Shown: positions 46,156-57,066 of the stretch, one piece after another
Position numbering within the stretch: the stretch's first letter is position 1
How the letters are laid out: each line of letters starts with the position of its first letter
Source of the DNA: Candidatus Binatia bacterium
GTDB taxonomy: Bacteria > Desulfobacterota > Binatia > UTPRO1
Assembly (NCBI GenBank): GCA_036496285.1
Contig: DASXLI010000024.1
Coordinates: 37,125 to 101,124, forward strand
Direction: 5' to 3'
DNA: 64,000 nucleotides
The notes under the pieces: model-generated
What the model saw: only the letters and a program-made list of their open reading frames with translations
What the model was told of the DNA's origin: nothing
The model's database searches: none
Program-made: the position numbers and the translations under genes

Positions 46156-47079
46156 CTACGACGCCGCGAGCTTGATCAGCAGCGCGCGGGTGCGCGCCGT
46201 CGCCTCGTCGTCGCCGGGGACGCGGAACGGGGCGGCGAGAAAGTCGGTCGCGCCCGAGTCGGCGAGACGCCGCAGCGCCTCGCCGACGGCGCTCTCGTCG
46301 CCGACGATCGCGACGTCGGCGGGGCCGGCCGCGCCCTCGCGGTCGAGCATCGCGCGGTACGAGGGCAGCGTGCCGTAGATCTCGAACTGCTGCGCCGCGA
46401 CCTGGCGCGCCGCGGCCGTCTCCTTGGTCACCGCGATCGGCAGCCCGACGACGACGCGCGGCGCGGGGCGGCCCGCCGCCGCCGCGGCCTCGCGGATGCG
46501 GGGCACGGTGTGCTCCCGGATGGTGCGGAGCCCAGTCATCCAGGTGATCGTTCCGTCGGCCTCCGCGCCGGTGAGCGCCAGCATCTTCGGCGCGAGCGCG
46601 GCGACCAGGATCGGACACGGGGTCGCGCCGGGGACATTGACGCTCGCCGACACGCGGTACTCCGCGCCCTGATGGCCGACGCTGCCGTTCCGGATGAGCG
46701 GCCCCAGCACGGCGAGGTACTCCTTCATGTGGCTGTACGGCTTGGCGAACGAGAGGCCGAACATCATCTCGATCACGACCTGGTGCGAGAGGCCGATGCC
46801 GAGCGCGAACCGGCCGCCGGCGGCGGCCTGCGCGGAGAGGGCCTGCTGCGCCATCGCGACGGGATGGCGCGGGTACGTCGGCACGACGGCGGTGCCGAGC
46901 TCGATGCGGCTCGTTTCGCGGGCGCAGAGGGCGGCGGCCATGATCGCGTCCATGCCGAAGATGTTCGCGAACCAGCCGGTCGCGAAGCCGTCGGCCTCGG
47001 CGCGCTTCGCCTGGGTGATGAGCCCGTCGACGGTGGCGGGCGCGCCCGCGATGTCCCCGATGCCGATCCCGATCCTCAT
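46156..47079 (-). CDS. Luciferase-like monooxygenase (LLM) family flavin/F420-dependent oxidoreductase
   Basis: The TIM-barrel LLM signature runs through the whole protein (GIGIGDIAG...GFATGWF...). Confidence 0.75.
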   Translation of the reverse strand: MRIGIGIGDIAGAPATVDGLITQAKRAEADGFATGWFANIFGMDAIMAAALCARETSRIELGTAVVPTYPRHPVAMAQQALSAQAAAGGRFALGIGLSHQVVIEMMFGLSFAKPYSHMKEYLAVLGPLIRNGSVGHQGAEYRVSASVNVPGATPCPILVAALAPKMLALTGAEADGTITWMTGLRTIREHTVPRIREAAAAAGRPAPRVVVGLPIAVTKETAAARQVAAQQFEIYGTLPSYRAMLDREGAAGPADVAIVGDESAVGEALRRLADSGATDFLAAPFRVPGDDEATARTRALLIKLAAS

Positions 47080-47104
47080 TGGCGGTCCTCCCGGCTCGCG
47101 CGCC

Positions 47105-48238
47105 TCATCGCCCCGGCTGTCCGGGAGCGAGGGCGCGGAAGCGGTAGATGTAGTGCGGGCCGAGCTTGGCGATCTCCCGGCTCGAATGGAAGAGCACCCG
47201 GTTCAACTGGCTGTCGGTCACGTAGATCCAGCCGTCCGGTCCGAAGCTCATGCCGTCGGGCCACACCAGGCGCGGATCGCGGACCATGGTCGCCTGGCGG
47301 GCCGTGTCGTCGCCGGCCGCGGGCGGACGGAGCACGGTGACGGCGCGGTCCTCGATCGCGGTCAGGTAGATGTTGGCGTCGCGATCGATGGTGATGCCGT
47401 CACTGATCGGCTTCGGGCCATAGTCCTCGACGGCCGCGGCGAGCCCGTCCGGGGAGAGCGTCGCGTCGCGCAGCGCCGCCGTCCGCACGCGATACATGCG
47501 GTGGCCGGAGAGCGGCCCGAAGTAGAGGTACTCGTTCGGCAGGTCGAGCACGATCGAGTCGACCGCGACCCGGATCGGAATGAACGCGAGCTTGATCGTG
47601 TGCCCCTCGACCGCCATGTCGATCGATTCCGCCTGGACGGACTTGTGGCCCTGCAGCAGGCGCCGGGCGCGGCGCGCGCCGACATCGTACACGACCAGCG
47701 CCGGGCGCATGCGGTAGGAGCTCGTGTCGGCGACGTAGATCACATCGTGGTCGGCATCGATCGCGAGGTCGTTCAGGTAGGAGCCCCAGCCGACGCCCTC
47801 CGCCGAGCCGAAGTCGTACTCGTGGACGAGCTGCCCGCTCGCGATGTCGAACCCGTAGAGCGCCGGCTTGCCGAAGCCGTTCTTGCCGTGGTCGAGGACC
47901 CAGAGCCGGCCCTTGGCATCGAGCTTGATGCCCTGCGGGGTCTCGAAGCGCTCCTGCCAGGCGTCGTCGGGATACGGACGCGACACGTTGCCGGCGGAGA
48001 TCTCGGCGACCTTCACCTGCGGCGACGCCGCCGGATGGTAGGTGATGAAGATGCGCCCGGTCGGCGAGACGGCGACGTTGCCGACCACCGACCCGAGCTG
48101 TGCCACCACCTCGAGGTCGTCGGGTCCACGGAGCGGCGTATCGGAGTAGGTGCGCGGCGGCACCCGGTCCGGGTGGCAGGCCGCGGCGAGAAGCCCCACG
48201 AGGAGGACGGCGGCGCACAGTGCTCGCGGCGGACGCAT
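47105..48238 (-). CDS. Major royal jelly protein / yellow family beta-propeller lipoprotein
   Basis: It has a lipoprotein signal (MRPPRALCAAVLLVGLLAAAC), and MRJP-like propeller blades run through it (LWVLDHG, VIYVADTSSYR, YLYFGPLSGHRMYRV). Confidence 0.65.
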   Translation of the reverse strand: MRPPRALCAAVLLVGLLAAACHPDRVPPRTYSDTPLRGPDDLEVVAQLGSVVGNVAVSPTGRIFITYHPAASPQVKVAEISAGNVSRPYPDDAWQERFETPQGIKLDAKGRLWVLDHGKNGFGKPALYGFDIASGQLVHEYDFGSAEGVGWGSYLNDLAIDADHDVIYVADTSSYRMRPALVVYDVGARRARRLLQGHKSVQAESIDMAVEGHTIKLAFIPIRVAVDSIVLDLPNEYLYFGPLSGHRMYRVRTAALRDATLSPDGLAAAVEDYGPKPISDGITIDRDANIYLTAIEDRAVTVLRPPAAGDDTARQATMVRDPRLVWPDGMSFGPDGWIYVTDSQLNRVLFHSSREIAKLGPHYIYRFRALAPGQPGR

Positions 48239-48246
48239 GGGGCGCG

Positions 48247-48576
48247 TCAGCGGCGGCGGACGGTGACCGCCGTCCCGTAGGCCGCGACCTCGCTCATGAG
48301 ATTCGCGATCTCGTTGCAGTCGAAACGCATCGCGAGCACGGCGTTGCCGCCCTTGGCCTGCGCAGCCTTGCGCATGCGCTCGATCGCCTGGTTGCGGCTG
48401 TCGGTCAGCAAGGTGGTGTAGCCGCGCGCCTCGCCGCCGAACACGGTCCGGAAACTCGCGCCGATGTTCGAGAACACGTTCCGTGCCCGGACGACGAGCC
48501 CGCATACCTCGCCGTGCACCGCCACCACCTCGTAGCCGGGGAGGTCGTTCATGGTGCTGACGATCATCTCGTCCAT
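48247..48576 (-). CDS. YbjQ/UPF0145 family protein
   Basis: It begins MDEMIVSTMNDLPGYEVVAVHGEVCGLVVRARNVFSNIGASFRTVFGGEARGYT. Confidence 0.75.
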   Translation of the reverse strand: MDEMIVSTMNDLPGYEVVAVHGEVCGLVVRARNVFSNIGASFRTVFGGEARGYTTLLTDSRNQAIERMRKAAQAKGGNAVLAMRFDCNEIANLMSEVAAYGTAVTVRRR

Positions 48577-48586
48577 CGGCGCGGTT

Positions 48587-49384
48587 CTAGTCGCGCGCGC
48601 CGCCCTCCTGCAAGGACATGGGTGAGGGCGCGGCAGGCGACGGGGATGCAGCATCGGGACAGCAGGAGCAATGGACCGGCTCCCGGCGGGTCGGGGATGC
48701 GCCCCACGCGTCGCCAAGAAGGCCACTGTTCACCCAACGCAGCAATTCCGACATGACCTCGCGGCTCGCGTCCCGGGAGTGCCACCAATCGTCGGGCGAA
48801 AAGGTATCGTACGGGCCGCTGCGGACGGCCACACGCACCGCGGGGGGCAGACGTCGGCGGAGCAGCCATCGCACCCGGGCCGTGTGGGTGCGGGGCGCCA
48901 GAAAGAGCACGCTCCGCACCGATGCGTTGGCGCGCACGTAGGCCACGGTCGCGGCGACCTCGTCCTCGGTACCTTCCGCCCGGCCGGGCATGACGAGGAT
49001 CGCCGCCGCCGGAACCCCGCTGCGCTCGAGGATCGCCCGCGCCAGGTCGGTGGGGTCGAGCAACGGAATGCCGAGACAGTGGATCTCGGCGCTCACCGGA
49101 TCGACGTACCACTCGGCGATCGCAATCCGGGCGCTGATCTTCTGGTCATAGAGCCGCGCGGCCTCGAGCGCGTCGGCGCGTGTCGCCGCGTTCGACACGA
49201 CGAGAAGATCGGCGGGGCCAAGCGCGTCCTCGGCAACCAACGCATGACCCACGCCCACGAGAATGGGCCGCCGCCCGACCCAGAGCGCCGCCAGGAGCGC
49301 CGCTGCTCCCAGGAGGACGAGCCGTCCGCGCCGCACGCGTCCCGACTTCCGCCCGGTCCCGGACACCATTCCGATGCCACCCAT
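48587..49384 (-). CDS. DUF218 (ElyC/SanA/YdcF-like) domain membrane-anchored protein
   Basis: It has an N-terminal TM and a DUF218-like core (LLVVSN...[10 protein letters not shown]...GTEDEV). Its start is uncertain (M11 or M16 of the track ORF). Confidence 0.55.
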   Translation of the reverse strand: MGGIGMVSGTGRKSGRVRRGRLVLLGAAALLAALWVGRRPILVGVGHALVAEDALGPADLLVVSNAATRADALEAARLYDQKISARIAIAEWYVDPVSAEIHCLGIPLLDPTDLARAILERSGVPAAAILVMPGRAEGTEDEVAATVAYVRANASVRSVLFLAPRTHTARVRWLLRRRLPPAVRVAVRSGPYDTFSPDDWWHSRDASREVMSELLRWVNSGLLGDAWGASPTRREPVHCSCCPDAASPSPAAPSPMSLQEGGARD

Positions 49385-49452
49385 CCGTCGGAAAATGCTC
49401 GCACAGGCGGCCATCTATTGATACACAGCGAATTCGGCGGAGGGGGGTTGTG

Positions 49453-50970
49453 ATGGACTCGAGCATCACGCTGAGCGGGATCGGCTTCGCGGCGGGACTG
49501 GGCACCGGTCTGGCCCTCGCCTGGGCGGCGTGGACGGCGGCGCGCCAGGCATGCTCGGACGAGGTCGCGGAGGCGGCGCAGCGCGCTGCCGACCTCGCGG
49601 CGCGGCTGGAGGAGCGTACCCGGCGCCTCGCCGTCGTCGAAGGTCAGCTCACCGCCGCAGGCGCGGCCGAAGACCGGCTGCGGGCCGATCTCGGCGGCGC
49701 ACTCGAGACGCAGGCGCGGCAGTCGGCCGAGCTCGAGGGGGAGCGCGCGGCGTCGCGCGACAAGCTGGCGCTCCTCGAGCGCGCCGAGCGCCAGCTCCGG
49801 GAGGCCTTCCAGACGCTCTCGGCCGAGGCGCTGCGCTCGAACAACCAGTCCTTCCTCGATCTCGCGCGCACCGCGCTCGGCGAGTTCCAGCGGAGCGCCC
49901 TCACCGATCTCGAGGGCCGCCAGCGCGCCATCGACGAGGTGCTGCGTCCGATCCGCGAGTCGCTCGCCAAGGTCGATGCCACCCTGCAGCAGGTCGAGAC
50001 GCAGCGGGTCGGCGCATACGCGCAGCTGAGCGAGCAGGTCCGTTCGCTCGCGGTCACCCAGCAGCAGCTGCAGGGCGAAACCTCGAACCTCGTGCGCGCG
50101 CTGCGCACCCCGCACGTCCGCGGGCGCTGGGGCGAGATCCAGCTCAAGCGGGTCGTCGAGCTGGCCGGCATGATCGATCACTGCGATTTCACCGAGCAGC
50201 GCACGTTCACCGGCGAGGACGGCCGTCTCCGTCCCGATCTCGTCGTCCACCTGCCCGGCGGCAAGTTCGTGGTGGTCGACGCCAAGGCGCCGCTCGCCGC
50301 CTACCTCGACGCCCTCGAGACCGACGACGACGAGCAGCGCACCGCCCGCCTGCGTGAGCACGCCCGCCAGGTGCGGACGCACATGACGAAGCTCGGCGCC
50401 AAGGCGTACTGGGAGCAGTTCCAGCCGACGCCGGAGTTCGTCCTGATGTTCCTCCCGGGCGAGACCTTCTTCAGCGCCGCCCTGCAGCACGATCCGTCGC
50501 TCATCGAGTACGGCGCCGGCGAGCGCGTCGTGCCCGCCAGCCCGACCACGCTGATCGCGCTCCTGCGGGCGATCGCCTACGGCTGGCAGCAGGAGCGCGT
50601 CGCGGCCCACGCGGAGGAGATCAGCCTCCTCGGCCGCCAGCTCTACGACCGCATCCGCGTGATGGCCGGCCACTTCGACGGCGTGCGCCGCGGCCTCGAC
50701 GGCGCGACCGACGCCTACAACCGCGCCGTCGCCTCGCTCGAGACCCGCGTCCTCGTCACCGCCCGCCGCTTCCGCGAGCTCGGCACGGGCGGCCGCGAGG
50801 AGATCCCCCCGCTCGGCGTCATCGAGCGCGCCGCCCGCGGCCTGCAGTTCCCGGAGAGCGAGCTTCCCCTCGTCGGCGACGACGCCGGCGACCCGGCGGA
50901 AACCGGACAGCTGCCCTTCGACGACGCTGCGGAGGACGCGCCGCCCCCGCTCGCGGTCGCCCGCCGCTGA
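49453..50970 (+). CDS. rmuC: DNA recombination protein RmuC
   Basis: It has an N-terminal TM, a long coiled coil, and a C-terminal RmuC nuclease-like domain ([13 protein letters not shown]...FVLMFLPGE). Confidence 0.8.
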   Translation: MDSSITLSGIGFAAGLGTGLALAWAAWTAARQACSDEVAEAAQRAADLAARLEERTRRLAVVEGQLTAAGAAEDRLRADLGGALETQARQSAELEGERAASRDKLALLERAERQLREAFQTLSAEALRSNNQSFLDLARTALGEFQRSALTDLEGRQRAIDEVLRPIRESLAKVDATLQQVETQRVGAYAQLSEQVRSLAVTQQQLQGETSNLVRALRTPHVRGRWGEIQLKRVVELAGMIDHCDFTEQRTFTGEDGRLRPDLVVHLPGGKFVVVDAKAPLAAYLDALETDDDEQRTARLREHARQVRTHMTKLGAKAYWEQFQPTPEFVLMFLPGETFFSAALQHDPSLIEYGAGERVVPASPTTLIALLRAIAYGWQQERVAAHAEEISLLGRQLYDRIRVMAGHFDGVRRGLDGATDAYNRAVASLETRVLVTARRFRELGTGGREEIPPLGVIERAARGLQFPESELPLVGDDAGDPAETGQLPFDDAAEDAPPPLAVARR

Positions 50971-50977
50971 GAGCGCG

Positions 50978-52171
50978 TCACACGATGCCGCGCTCCGCAA
51001 GGCCGGCGAGCGCGGCGTCATCGATCCCGAGTGCGCCGTAGATTTCCCGGTTGTGCTCGCCGAGCTCGGGCGCCAGGGCGCGCGTCCGCGGCGAGGCGCC
51101 GTCGAAGCGCACGGCGTTGCCGTGCAGGAGGATCTGGCCGAGGCCGGGATGCGGGTGGCGCTCGATCATCCCGCGGGCGACGAGCTGCGGATCGTCGATC
51201 AGCTCGTCGGGGCGGGCGACGCGCGCGCAAGGCACATCGGCCCCCGAGGGCCCGAATGCCGCGAGCACCTCGTCGCAGGTCCGCACCCGGACCCACTCGC
51301 CGACGATGCCGTTCAGCTCCTTGCGCCGGGCGGCCCGTCCCCGATGGTGCTTGAAGCGCTCGTCGGAGGCGAGCGCGGGCGTGCCCATCGCCGTGCAGAT
51401 GCGGCGGAAGAGCCGGTTGCTGGCGGAACCGACGACGACCCAGCCGTCGCGCGCCTCGAACGCATCGTACGGGGCGCTGAACGAGTGCTGGTTGCCGACC
51501 CGCTCGGCCGGGATGCCGAGGCCGGCGGAGATCGTTGCCCAGGAGTCGGTGATGGCGAAGATCGCGTCCTGGTTGGAGAGATCGAGCACCCGGGCGCGGC
51601 CGGTCCGCTCGCGCTCCAGAAGCCCCGCGACCACCCCGAAGGCGAGGAAGAGCCCGCCGACGAAGTCGGCGAGCGCGCCGCCGCCCCGGACGGGCGGGCC
51701 ATCGGGAAACCCGGTCATGGCAAGGAGGCCGCCCGCCGCCTGGGCGACGATGTCGTACGACACCTGGCCGGCGCGCGGCCCGGTCGCGCCGAAGCCGGAC
51801 AACGCGCCGACGACGAGCCGCGGGTTGCGCGCCTGGAGGACCCCGGGGCCGAGACCCTTGGACGCCATCCAGCCGGAGCGGAAGTTCTCGACGACCGCGT
51901 CGGCGCCGTCGACCAAACGCAGAAAGATCTCGCGCCCTTCCGGCTGGCCGACGTCCAGCGTGATCGAGCGCTTGCCACGGTTCACGTTTTCGAAGGCGAG
52001 CGAGGTGTGCCCTTCCGGCGCAGGTCCGTAGCGGTAGTCGTCGCCCGTACGCGGGCGCTCGACCTTGATCACGTCGGCGCCGAGATCGGCGAGCATCGCC
52101 GTCGCGAACGGTCCTGCGACCACGCGCGTGAGATCGAGGATGCGCAGCCCTTCGAGAACGCGCCCGGACAC
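50978..52171 (-). CDS. CoA-transferase family III (CaiB/BaiF) protein
   Basis: It begins [35 protein letters not shown] and contains an Asp nucleophile region. Confidence 0.85.
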   Translation of the reverse strand: MSGRVLEGLRILDLTRVVAGPFATAMLADLGADVIKVERPRTGDDYRYGPAPEGHTSLAFENVNRGKRSITLDVGQPEGREIFLRLVDGADAVVENFRSGWMASKGLGPGVLQARNPRLVVGALSGFGATGPRAGQVSYDIVAQAAGGLLAMTGFPDGPPVRGGGALADFVGGLFLAFGVVAGLLERERTGRARVLDLSNQDAIFAITDSWATISAGLGIPAERVGNQHSFSAPYDAFEARDGWVVVGSASNRLFRRICTAMGTPALASDERFKHHRGRAARRKELNGIVGEWVRVRTCDEVLAAFGPSGADVPCARVARPDELIDDPQLVARGMIERHPHPGLGQILLHGNAVRFDGASPRTRALAPELGEHNREIYGALGIDDAALAGLAERGIV

Positions 52172-52249
52172 GGCGGCATGCTAGCAGCCCGAGGCGAATT
52201 CACCAGCGCGACCTTGACGGTTTCGGGCGTGCGGCGCATTCTGACCACG

Positions 52250-52345
52250 CACGCTGGGGGAGTCGCGGCAGGCGCGACTGAGAGGGCAAGCCGGCCGCTT
52301 GCCGACCCCTCGAACCTGACCCGGATCATGCCGGCGGAGGGAAGC
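52250..52345 (+). promoter_or_regulatory. TPP (THI-box) riboswitch in the thiC leader
   Basis: CUGGGGGAGUCGCGG...CUGAGAGGG...ACCCCUCGAACCUGACCCGGAUCAUGCCGGCGGAGGGA matches the conserved CUGAGA, ACCC and GAACCUGAUC..GG.U.AU.CCGGCG.AGGGA cores. The RBS-like GGAGGG is embedded in its 3' arm. Confidence 0.85.
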
Positions 52346-52348
52346 GAG

Positions 52349-54040
52349 ATGACGACGGACCTGACGCAACTCGAAGCCGCGCGCCGCGGAATCGTCACCG
52401 ACCAGATGGCGCGCGTCGCCGAACGCGAGAACGCTGCGCCCGAGCTGATCCGCTCCGAGGTCGCGCGCGGCCGGCTCGTCATCCCCGCCAACGTCCGGCA
52501 TCTCGCCGGCAGCGGTGGGCAGCCCGTTCCAACCGGCGCCGACGCGTCGGCAATCCACGCGGCCGACGCCGCGGCGAGCGGACATCCGGGCGCGGCGGCC
52601 GAGGCGCGCTACTGGGTGAACCAGACCGTCGCGCAACGCTGGAGCGAGATCACCGACGACGCCGCGCTACGCGGCGTGCACGCGCCGAAGCGGCTCGATC
52701 CTACCGGCATCGGCCGCATGGTCACGACCAAGATCAACGCCAACATCGGTGCGTCGCCGGTCTCGAGCGGCACGGCGGCCGAGGTCGAGAAGCTGCGCTG
52801 GGCGCAGAAGTACGGCGCCGACACGTTGATGGATCTCTCGACCGGCGGCGATCTCGCCGCCTGCCGGCAGGCGATCATCGATCACGCGACGATCCCGATC
52901 GGGACGGTGCCGATCTACTCGATGATCCTCGGACGCGCGATCGAGGACCTCACGTACGACGTCATCCTGCGCGAGATCGAGCACCAGGCGCAGCAAGGCG
53001 TCGACTACTTCACGATCCACGCCGGGGTGCTGCGCGAGCATCTGCCGCTGATCGGCTCACGTGTCACCGGGATCGTCTCGCGTGGCGGCTCGCTCCTCGC
53101 GAAATGGATGATCGTGCACGGCAAGCAGAACCCGATGTACGAGCTCTTCGACGAAATCAGCGCGATCATGCGCGCTTACGACGTCACGTACTCGCTCGGC
53201 GACGGCCTCCGGCCCGGCTGCCTCGCCGACGCCTCGGACGCCGCGCAGCTCGCCGAGCTGCGCACGCTCGGCGAGCTCGTCCACCGCGCCCGCGAAACCG
53301 GGGTGCAGGCGATGGTCGAGGGTCCGGGACACGTCCCCCTCGACCAGATCGAGCGTAACATGCGGTTGCAGCAAGAGGTGTGCGACGATGCGCCCTTCTA
53401 CGTGTTGGGACCTCTCGTCACTGATGTGTTCCCCGGCTATGACCACATCACCAGCGCGATCGGCGCGACCGAGGCTGCTCGTCATGGCGCTGCCATGCTG
53501 TGCTACGTGACCCCCAAGGAACACGTCGGACTCCCCCGGGCCCAGGACGTGATGGCCGGGTGCGTGGCCTACAAGATCGCCGCCCACGCGGGCGACATCG
53601 CGCGCGGCATCCCCGGTGCGCGCCGCTGGGACGACGACCTCTCACGCGCGCGCGCCGCCCTCAACTGGCCGAAACAGTTCGAGCTCGCGTTCGACGGCGA
53701 CACCGCGCGCGCGCTGCACGACGAGGATCTCGAGGTCGATACCGACTTCTGCGCGATGTGCGGACACGACTGGTGCAGCATGCGTATCTCGAAGGAGATC
53801 CAGGAGTTCGCGAGCGGCAAGGACGCGGCGTTTCAGCCCGAGCGGCGCGCCGTACGGAGTCCCGGCGTGAGCGAGGACGGCCAGGCGCTCCTCGCGCGCC
53901 GCGGCACACTGCCCGTGAGCGAAGGTCGCCACGCCTGCCACAGCGAGCTCGTACCGGACGCCGAGTCTGCGCGGCGCGTCCAACGCGACGCCGCAGACGA
54001 CACAGCGGACCCGACGGCAGATCGTACAGCGACGCCATAG
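52349..54040 (+). CDS. thiC: Phosphomethylpyrimidine synthase ThiC
   Basis: It has the radical-SAM ThiC C-terminal [10 protein letters not shown] cluster motif and is ThiC-like throughout ([15 protein letters not shown]). Confidence 0.9.
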   Translation: MTTDLTQLEAARRGIVTDQMARVAERENAAPELIRSEVARGRLVIPANVRHLAGSGGQPVPTGADASAIHAADAAASGHPGAAAEARYWVNQTVAQRWSEITDDAALRGVHAPKRLDPTGIGRMVTTKINANIGASPVSSGTAAEVEKLRWAQKYGADTLMDLSTGGDLAACRQAIIDHATIPIGTVPIYSMILGRAIEDLTYDVILREIEHQAQQGVDYFTIHAGVLREHLPLIGSRVTGIVSRGGSLLAKWMIVHGKQNPMYELFDEISAIMRAYDVTYSLGDGLRPGCLADASDAAQLAELRTLGELVHRARETGVQAMVEGPGHVPLDQIERNMRLQQEVCDDAPFYVLGPLVTDVFPGYDHITSAIGATEAARHGAAMLCYVTPKEHVGLPRAQDVMAGCVAYKIAAHAGDIARGIPGARRWDDDLSRARAALNWPKQFELAFDGDTARALHDEDLEVDTDFCAMCGHDWCSMRISKEIQEFASGKDAAFQPERRAVRSPGVSEDGQALLARRGTLPVSEGRHACHSELVPDAESARRVQRDAADDTADPTADRTATP

Positions 54041-54799
54041 CGGAAGCACTGCGCAACCCGCATCAAACCGGATCGTTTCACCGTCTCGAGAAGCGCATGA
54101 GATCACGTCTGCGAATTGACACTCCGATTTGGACGCGGTACTCCGCGCTTCTCGGGCAGGTGTGGAGTGGAGTGGGGCGGCCCTCTGGCCCGCACGATCG
54201 GTTCGTGAACGGCCACTGTGGAATGTCGCCCGAGTGCCTGCTCTCCCCCCAGTCCAGAAGGGTGATTTTCCCTCCCGTCTTTGCGGGGTTTCGAACCGCG
54301 CACCCGGGAGACACCACTGGCACTGCAGTGCCGCAAACGTCACGGCGTGCGTCACTCGCCGCACCGTGGCACACGATGCCCGAAACTGGTGCACTGCTAT
54401 GGGTTTTGGCGGAGCGATCCGACACGAGCGCAATCGCCGCCCAACAATGCACGATCGCAACGAATTGCGCGCCGGAAGGGAAATCAAGGACTTGTATTTC
54501 GCGCTGTCGGATGCCGCTTGGAACGATTCTTGATGCCCTGCGTGATCACTCTCTGGCGGCACGATGAGCGCGATTTTCAAAGCGGGGTCGATGATTCGCG
54601 CAAGTCCGACATCGCCGGCGAAGACGCGCGACCAAAGGCATGTACATTCGCACTCACGGCTCCCCGGCATCCAATGGCGCACAGCTTGCACACGACTTCA
54701 CGTGCCTCGGCCTCGCGCCGCGACCCGGTCATGCCGATACCTGCGTATGGACTCACAGCGAACGCCATCCCCTTCCGCCGCCGTCGCCCCGAGGCTCGC

Positions 54800-55507
54800 A
54801 TGACGCCCCGAAGCGCGATGCGCGCGACGCTCCCCCTCCTGGCCGTGCTCTGCACGCTGGCGGCCTGCAGCTACCCGAAGGCGCCCTACGATCCGCCGCT
54901 GCCGACCCTGGCCCACCCAGCGACGGGTGCGCCGGGCGCCTACACGATGCTCGTCGGGGATGCGCTCTCGATCAAGTTCTACAAGAACCCCGAGCTGAAC
55001 GAGGACGTCGTAGTGCGCTCCGACGGCATGATCAGCTTGCAGCTCGTCGGCGACGTGCCGGCGGCGGGGCGGACGCCGATGGAGCTCGGCACCGATCTGA
55101 AGCAGCGCTTCTCGTCCGAGCTCCAGGATCCGTCGATCAGCGTGATCGTGCGGAAGCCGGTCGCCGACCGCGTCTACGTCGGCGGCGAGGTGGGCAAGCA
55201 GGGGTTCATCGATCTGACGGGCGGGCTCACGGTCTTCCAGGCCATCCAGGCGTCCGGCGGCTTCGCGAAGACGGCGCACCGCGCCCAGGTGATCCTGATT
55301 CGTCGCACGCCGGACGGCAAGGCGACGGGTCGCAGCATCGACGTACGTCCGGTCCAGGAGGGCATCCATCCGGAGGACGACGTGGTGGTAGTGGCCAACG
55401 ACGTCGTGTTCGTACCGCGCTCCAAGATCGCCAACGTCGACAACTTCGTGGACATGTACATCCGACAGGTACTGCCGATATCGACTTTCCCGCTACCCAC
55501 CTTCTGA
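54800..55507 (+). CDS. Polysaccharide export outer-membrane lipoprotein (Wza/GumB-like; Poly_export plus SLBB)
   Basis: It has a lipobox (LAACS), a PES-like motif (YTMLVGDALSIKFYKNPELNEDVVVRSDGMISLQLVGDVPAAGRT) and an SLBB domain. Confidence 0.8.
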   Translation: MTPRSAMRATLPLLAVLCTLAACSYPKAPYDPPLPTLAHPATGAPGAYTMLVGDALSIKFYKNPELNEDVVVRSDGMISLQLVGDVPAAGRTPMELGTDLKQRFSSELQDPSISVIVRKPVADRVYVGGEVGKQGFIDLTGGLTVFQAIQASGGFAKTAHRAQVILIRRTPDGKATGRSIDVRPVQEGIHPEDDVVVVANDVVFVPRSKIANVDNFVDMYIRQVLPISTFPLPTF

Positions 55508-55514
55508 GGACTGC

Positions 55515-57032
55515 ATGACGGAGCGAGAGTTCCCATGGCGTGAGATGGTCGCCGTACTGCACCGGCGGCGGCTGCTCATCGCCCAGGTGTTCATCGCCGG
55601 CGTCGCGACCGTCACCGTCGGGCTCTGGATCAAGGGGCCCACGTACCGGGCGACCGCGACCATGATGGTCACTGCCGATCGTGCGAAGAGCATCGTCACG
55701 TCCGACGCGAACACGCACGCCGTCGTGGACCAGGTTCGGGAGGGCGATCTCAACTCCGAGGCAACGCTGCTCCGTAGCGACGCGCTCATTCGCGAGGTCT
55801 TGAGTCCGTACTGGGAGAACCGTCAACCTCGCAAGCCGGGCAGCATCTTCGGCCGCGCGGTGTCGGGGGTGGTCCGCATCGTCACGCTTCCGTTGCGCAT
55901 ACCGGGCCACGTCTATCGCCTCGTGCACAACATCCCGCCGCCGACGGAGTTCGACGGCTGGGTCGCCGAGACGGAGAGCCATCTCACCATCAGCCCCATC
56001 CTGCACTCGAACCTCATCGAGGTGTCGGTTGACGACACGGATCCGAAATGGGCGGCGGATCTCGTCAACAAGGTGATCGCCCAACACATCGAGCGCCACG
56101 CGCGGCTGAATCAGCAGGCGGAGGCGCGGCAGTTCTATGAGAAGCAGCGCGAGCTGCTCGCGCAGAAGTCCGCCGATGCCGAGCAGTCATTGCAGCACTT
56201 CTACCAGCGGGAGCACGTCGATCCGGGCGCGGAGCAGCGCAGCGCAATGCGCGCACGGCTCGGGGAGTTGCAGACGAACCTCGCGAACTCGGAAACCGAG
56301 CTCGCCGAGGGCACCGCGCGCGTCGAGTTTCTCACGACCGAGATCAAGAACTACTCGCGCAACATCCCGACGTCGGCGCGCGTGGCGGAAAGCCCAACCG
56401 CCCAGCTCATCAAGCCGAAGATCATCGAGCTCGAGATGCAGCGCAGCCAGCTGCTCTCCACCTACGCACCGACGAGCGTGAAGGTGAAGGATCTCGACCG
56501 CCAGATCGCCGAGGCCAAGCGTCTGATGAACGAGTCGAAGGACACTACGAGCGACACCACGACCGCGGTGAATCCGACCTACCAGACGATCGAGGCGGAT
56601 CTCGCGTCCACCAAGGCGCAGATGGCGGCCGTGCGTGCGCGCGTCGAGACGCTGCGCACGCAGATCGCCGATTCGCGCGCGAAGGTCGACCATCTCGACG
56701 AGATCGGCGCCGAGCAGGAGCATCTCGAGCAACAGCTCGCCGCGGCCAAGGAAGCGTACGGTACCTACGCCAAGAAGGAAGAGGAGGCGCGCTTCAGCAG
56801 CGCCCTCGACGAATCGAGCATCGTCAACCTGGCGATCGCGGAGCCCGCAGAGCCGCCGGCGACGCCGGAGAAGACCAAGAACATCCTCGTCTTCTGCATC
56901 GGAATGCTTCTCAGCCTGTTCGTCGGCGTCGGCCTTGCGTTCATCCGTGACCGTCTCGATCCCGCCGTGAAGAGCGCCGCGGAGGCGCACGGCGTCACCG
57001 GCCTGCCGATCCTCGCGGAGGTGTCGTCGTAG
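55515..57032 (+). CDS. Polysaccharide chain-length determinant (Wzz/GumC-like PCP) protein
   Basis: An N-terminal TM is followed by a long periplasmic coiled coil. It has a Pro-rich segment and a TM at the C-terminus (ILVFCIGMLLSLFVGVGLAFI). Confidence 0.8.
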   Translation: MTEREFPWREMVAVLHRRRLLIAQVFIAGVATVTVGLWIKGPTYRATATMMVTADRAKSIVTSDANTHAVVDQVREGDLNSEATLLRSDALIREVLSPYWENRQPRKPGSIFGRAVSGVVRIVTLPLRIPGHVYRLVHNIPPPTEFDGWVAETESHLTISPILHSNLIEVSVDDTDPKWAADLVNKVIAQHIERHARLNQQAEARQFYEKQRELLAQKSADAEQSLQHFYQREHVDPGAEQRSAMRARLGELQTNLANSETELAEGTARVEFLTTEIKNYSRNIPTSARVAESPTAQLIKPKIIELEMQRSQLLSTYAPTSVKVKDLDRQIAEAKRLMNESKDTTSDTTTAVNPTYQTIEADLASTKAQMAAVRARVETLRTQIADSRAKVDHLDEIGAEQEHLEQQLAAAKEAYGTYAKKEEEARFSSALDESSIVNLAIAEPAEPPATPEKTKNILVFCIGMLLSLFVGVGLAFIRDRLDPAVKSAAEAHGVTGLPILAEVSS

Positions 57033-57066
57033 CCGGAGCATTGTCCGACACACGTTCCCCATCGCC

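Noticed and set aside
52328-52348. An alternative upstream ATG (MPAEGSE...) for thiC
   Set aside because: The ATG lies inside the conserved AUGCCGGCG segment of the TPP aptamer. The downstream ATG at 52349 has the correctly spaced GGAGGG SD.
54129-54533. A 134-aa ORF and neighbouring short ORFs in the thiC to wza intergenic region
   Set aside because: It has no RBS and an Arg/Trp/His-rich composition inconsistent with local codon usage. The region behaves as a non-coding leader.
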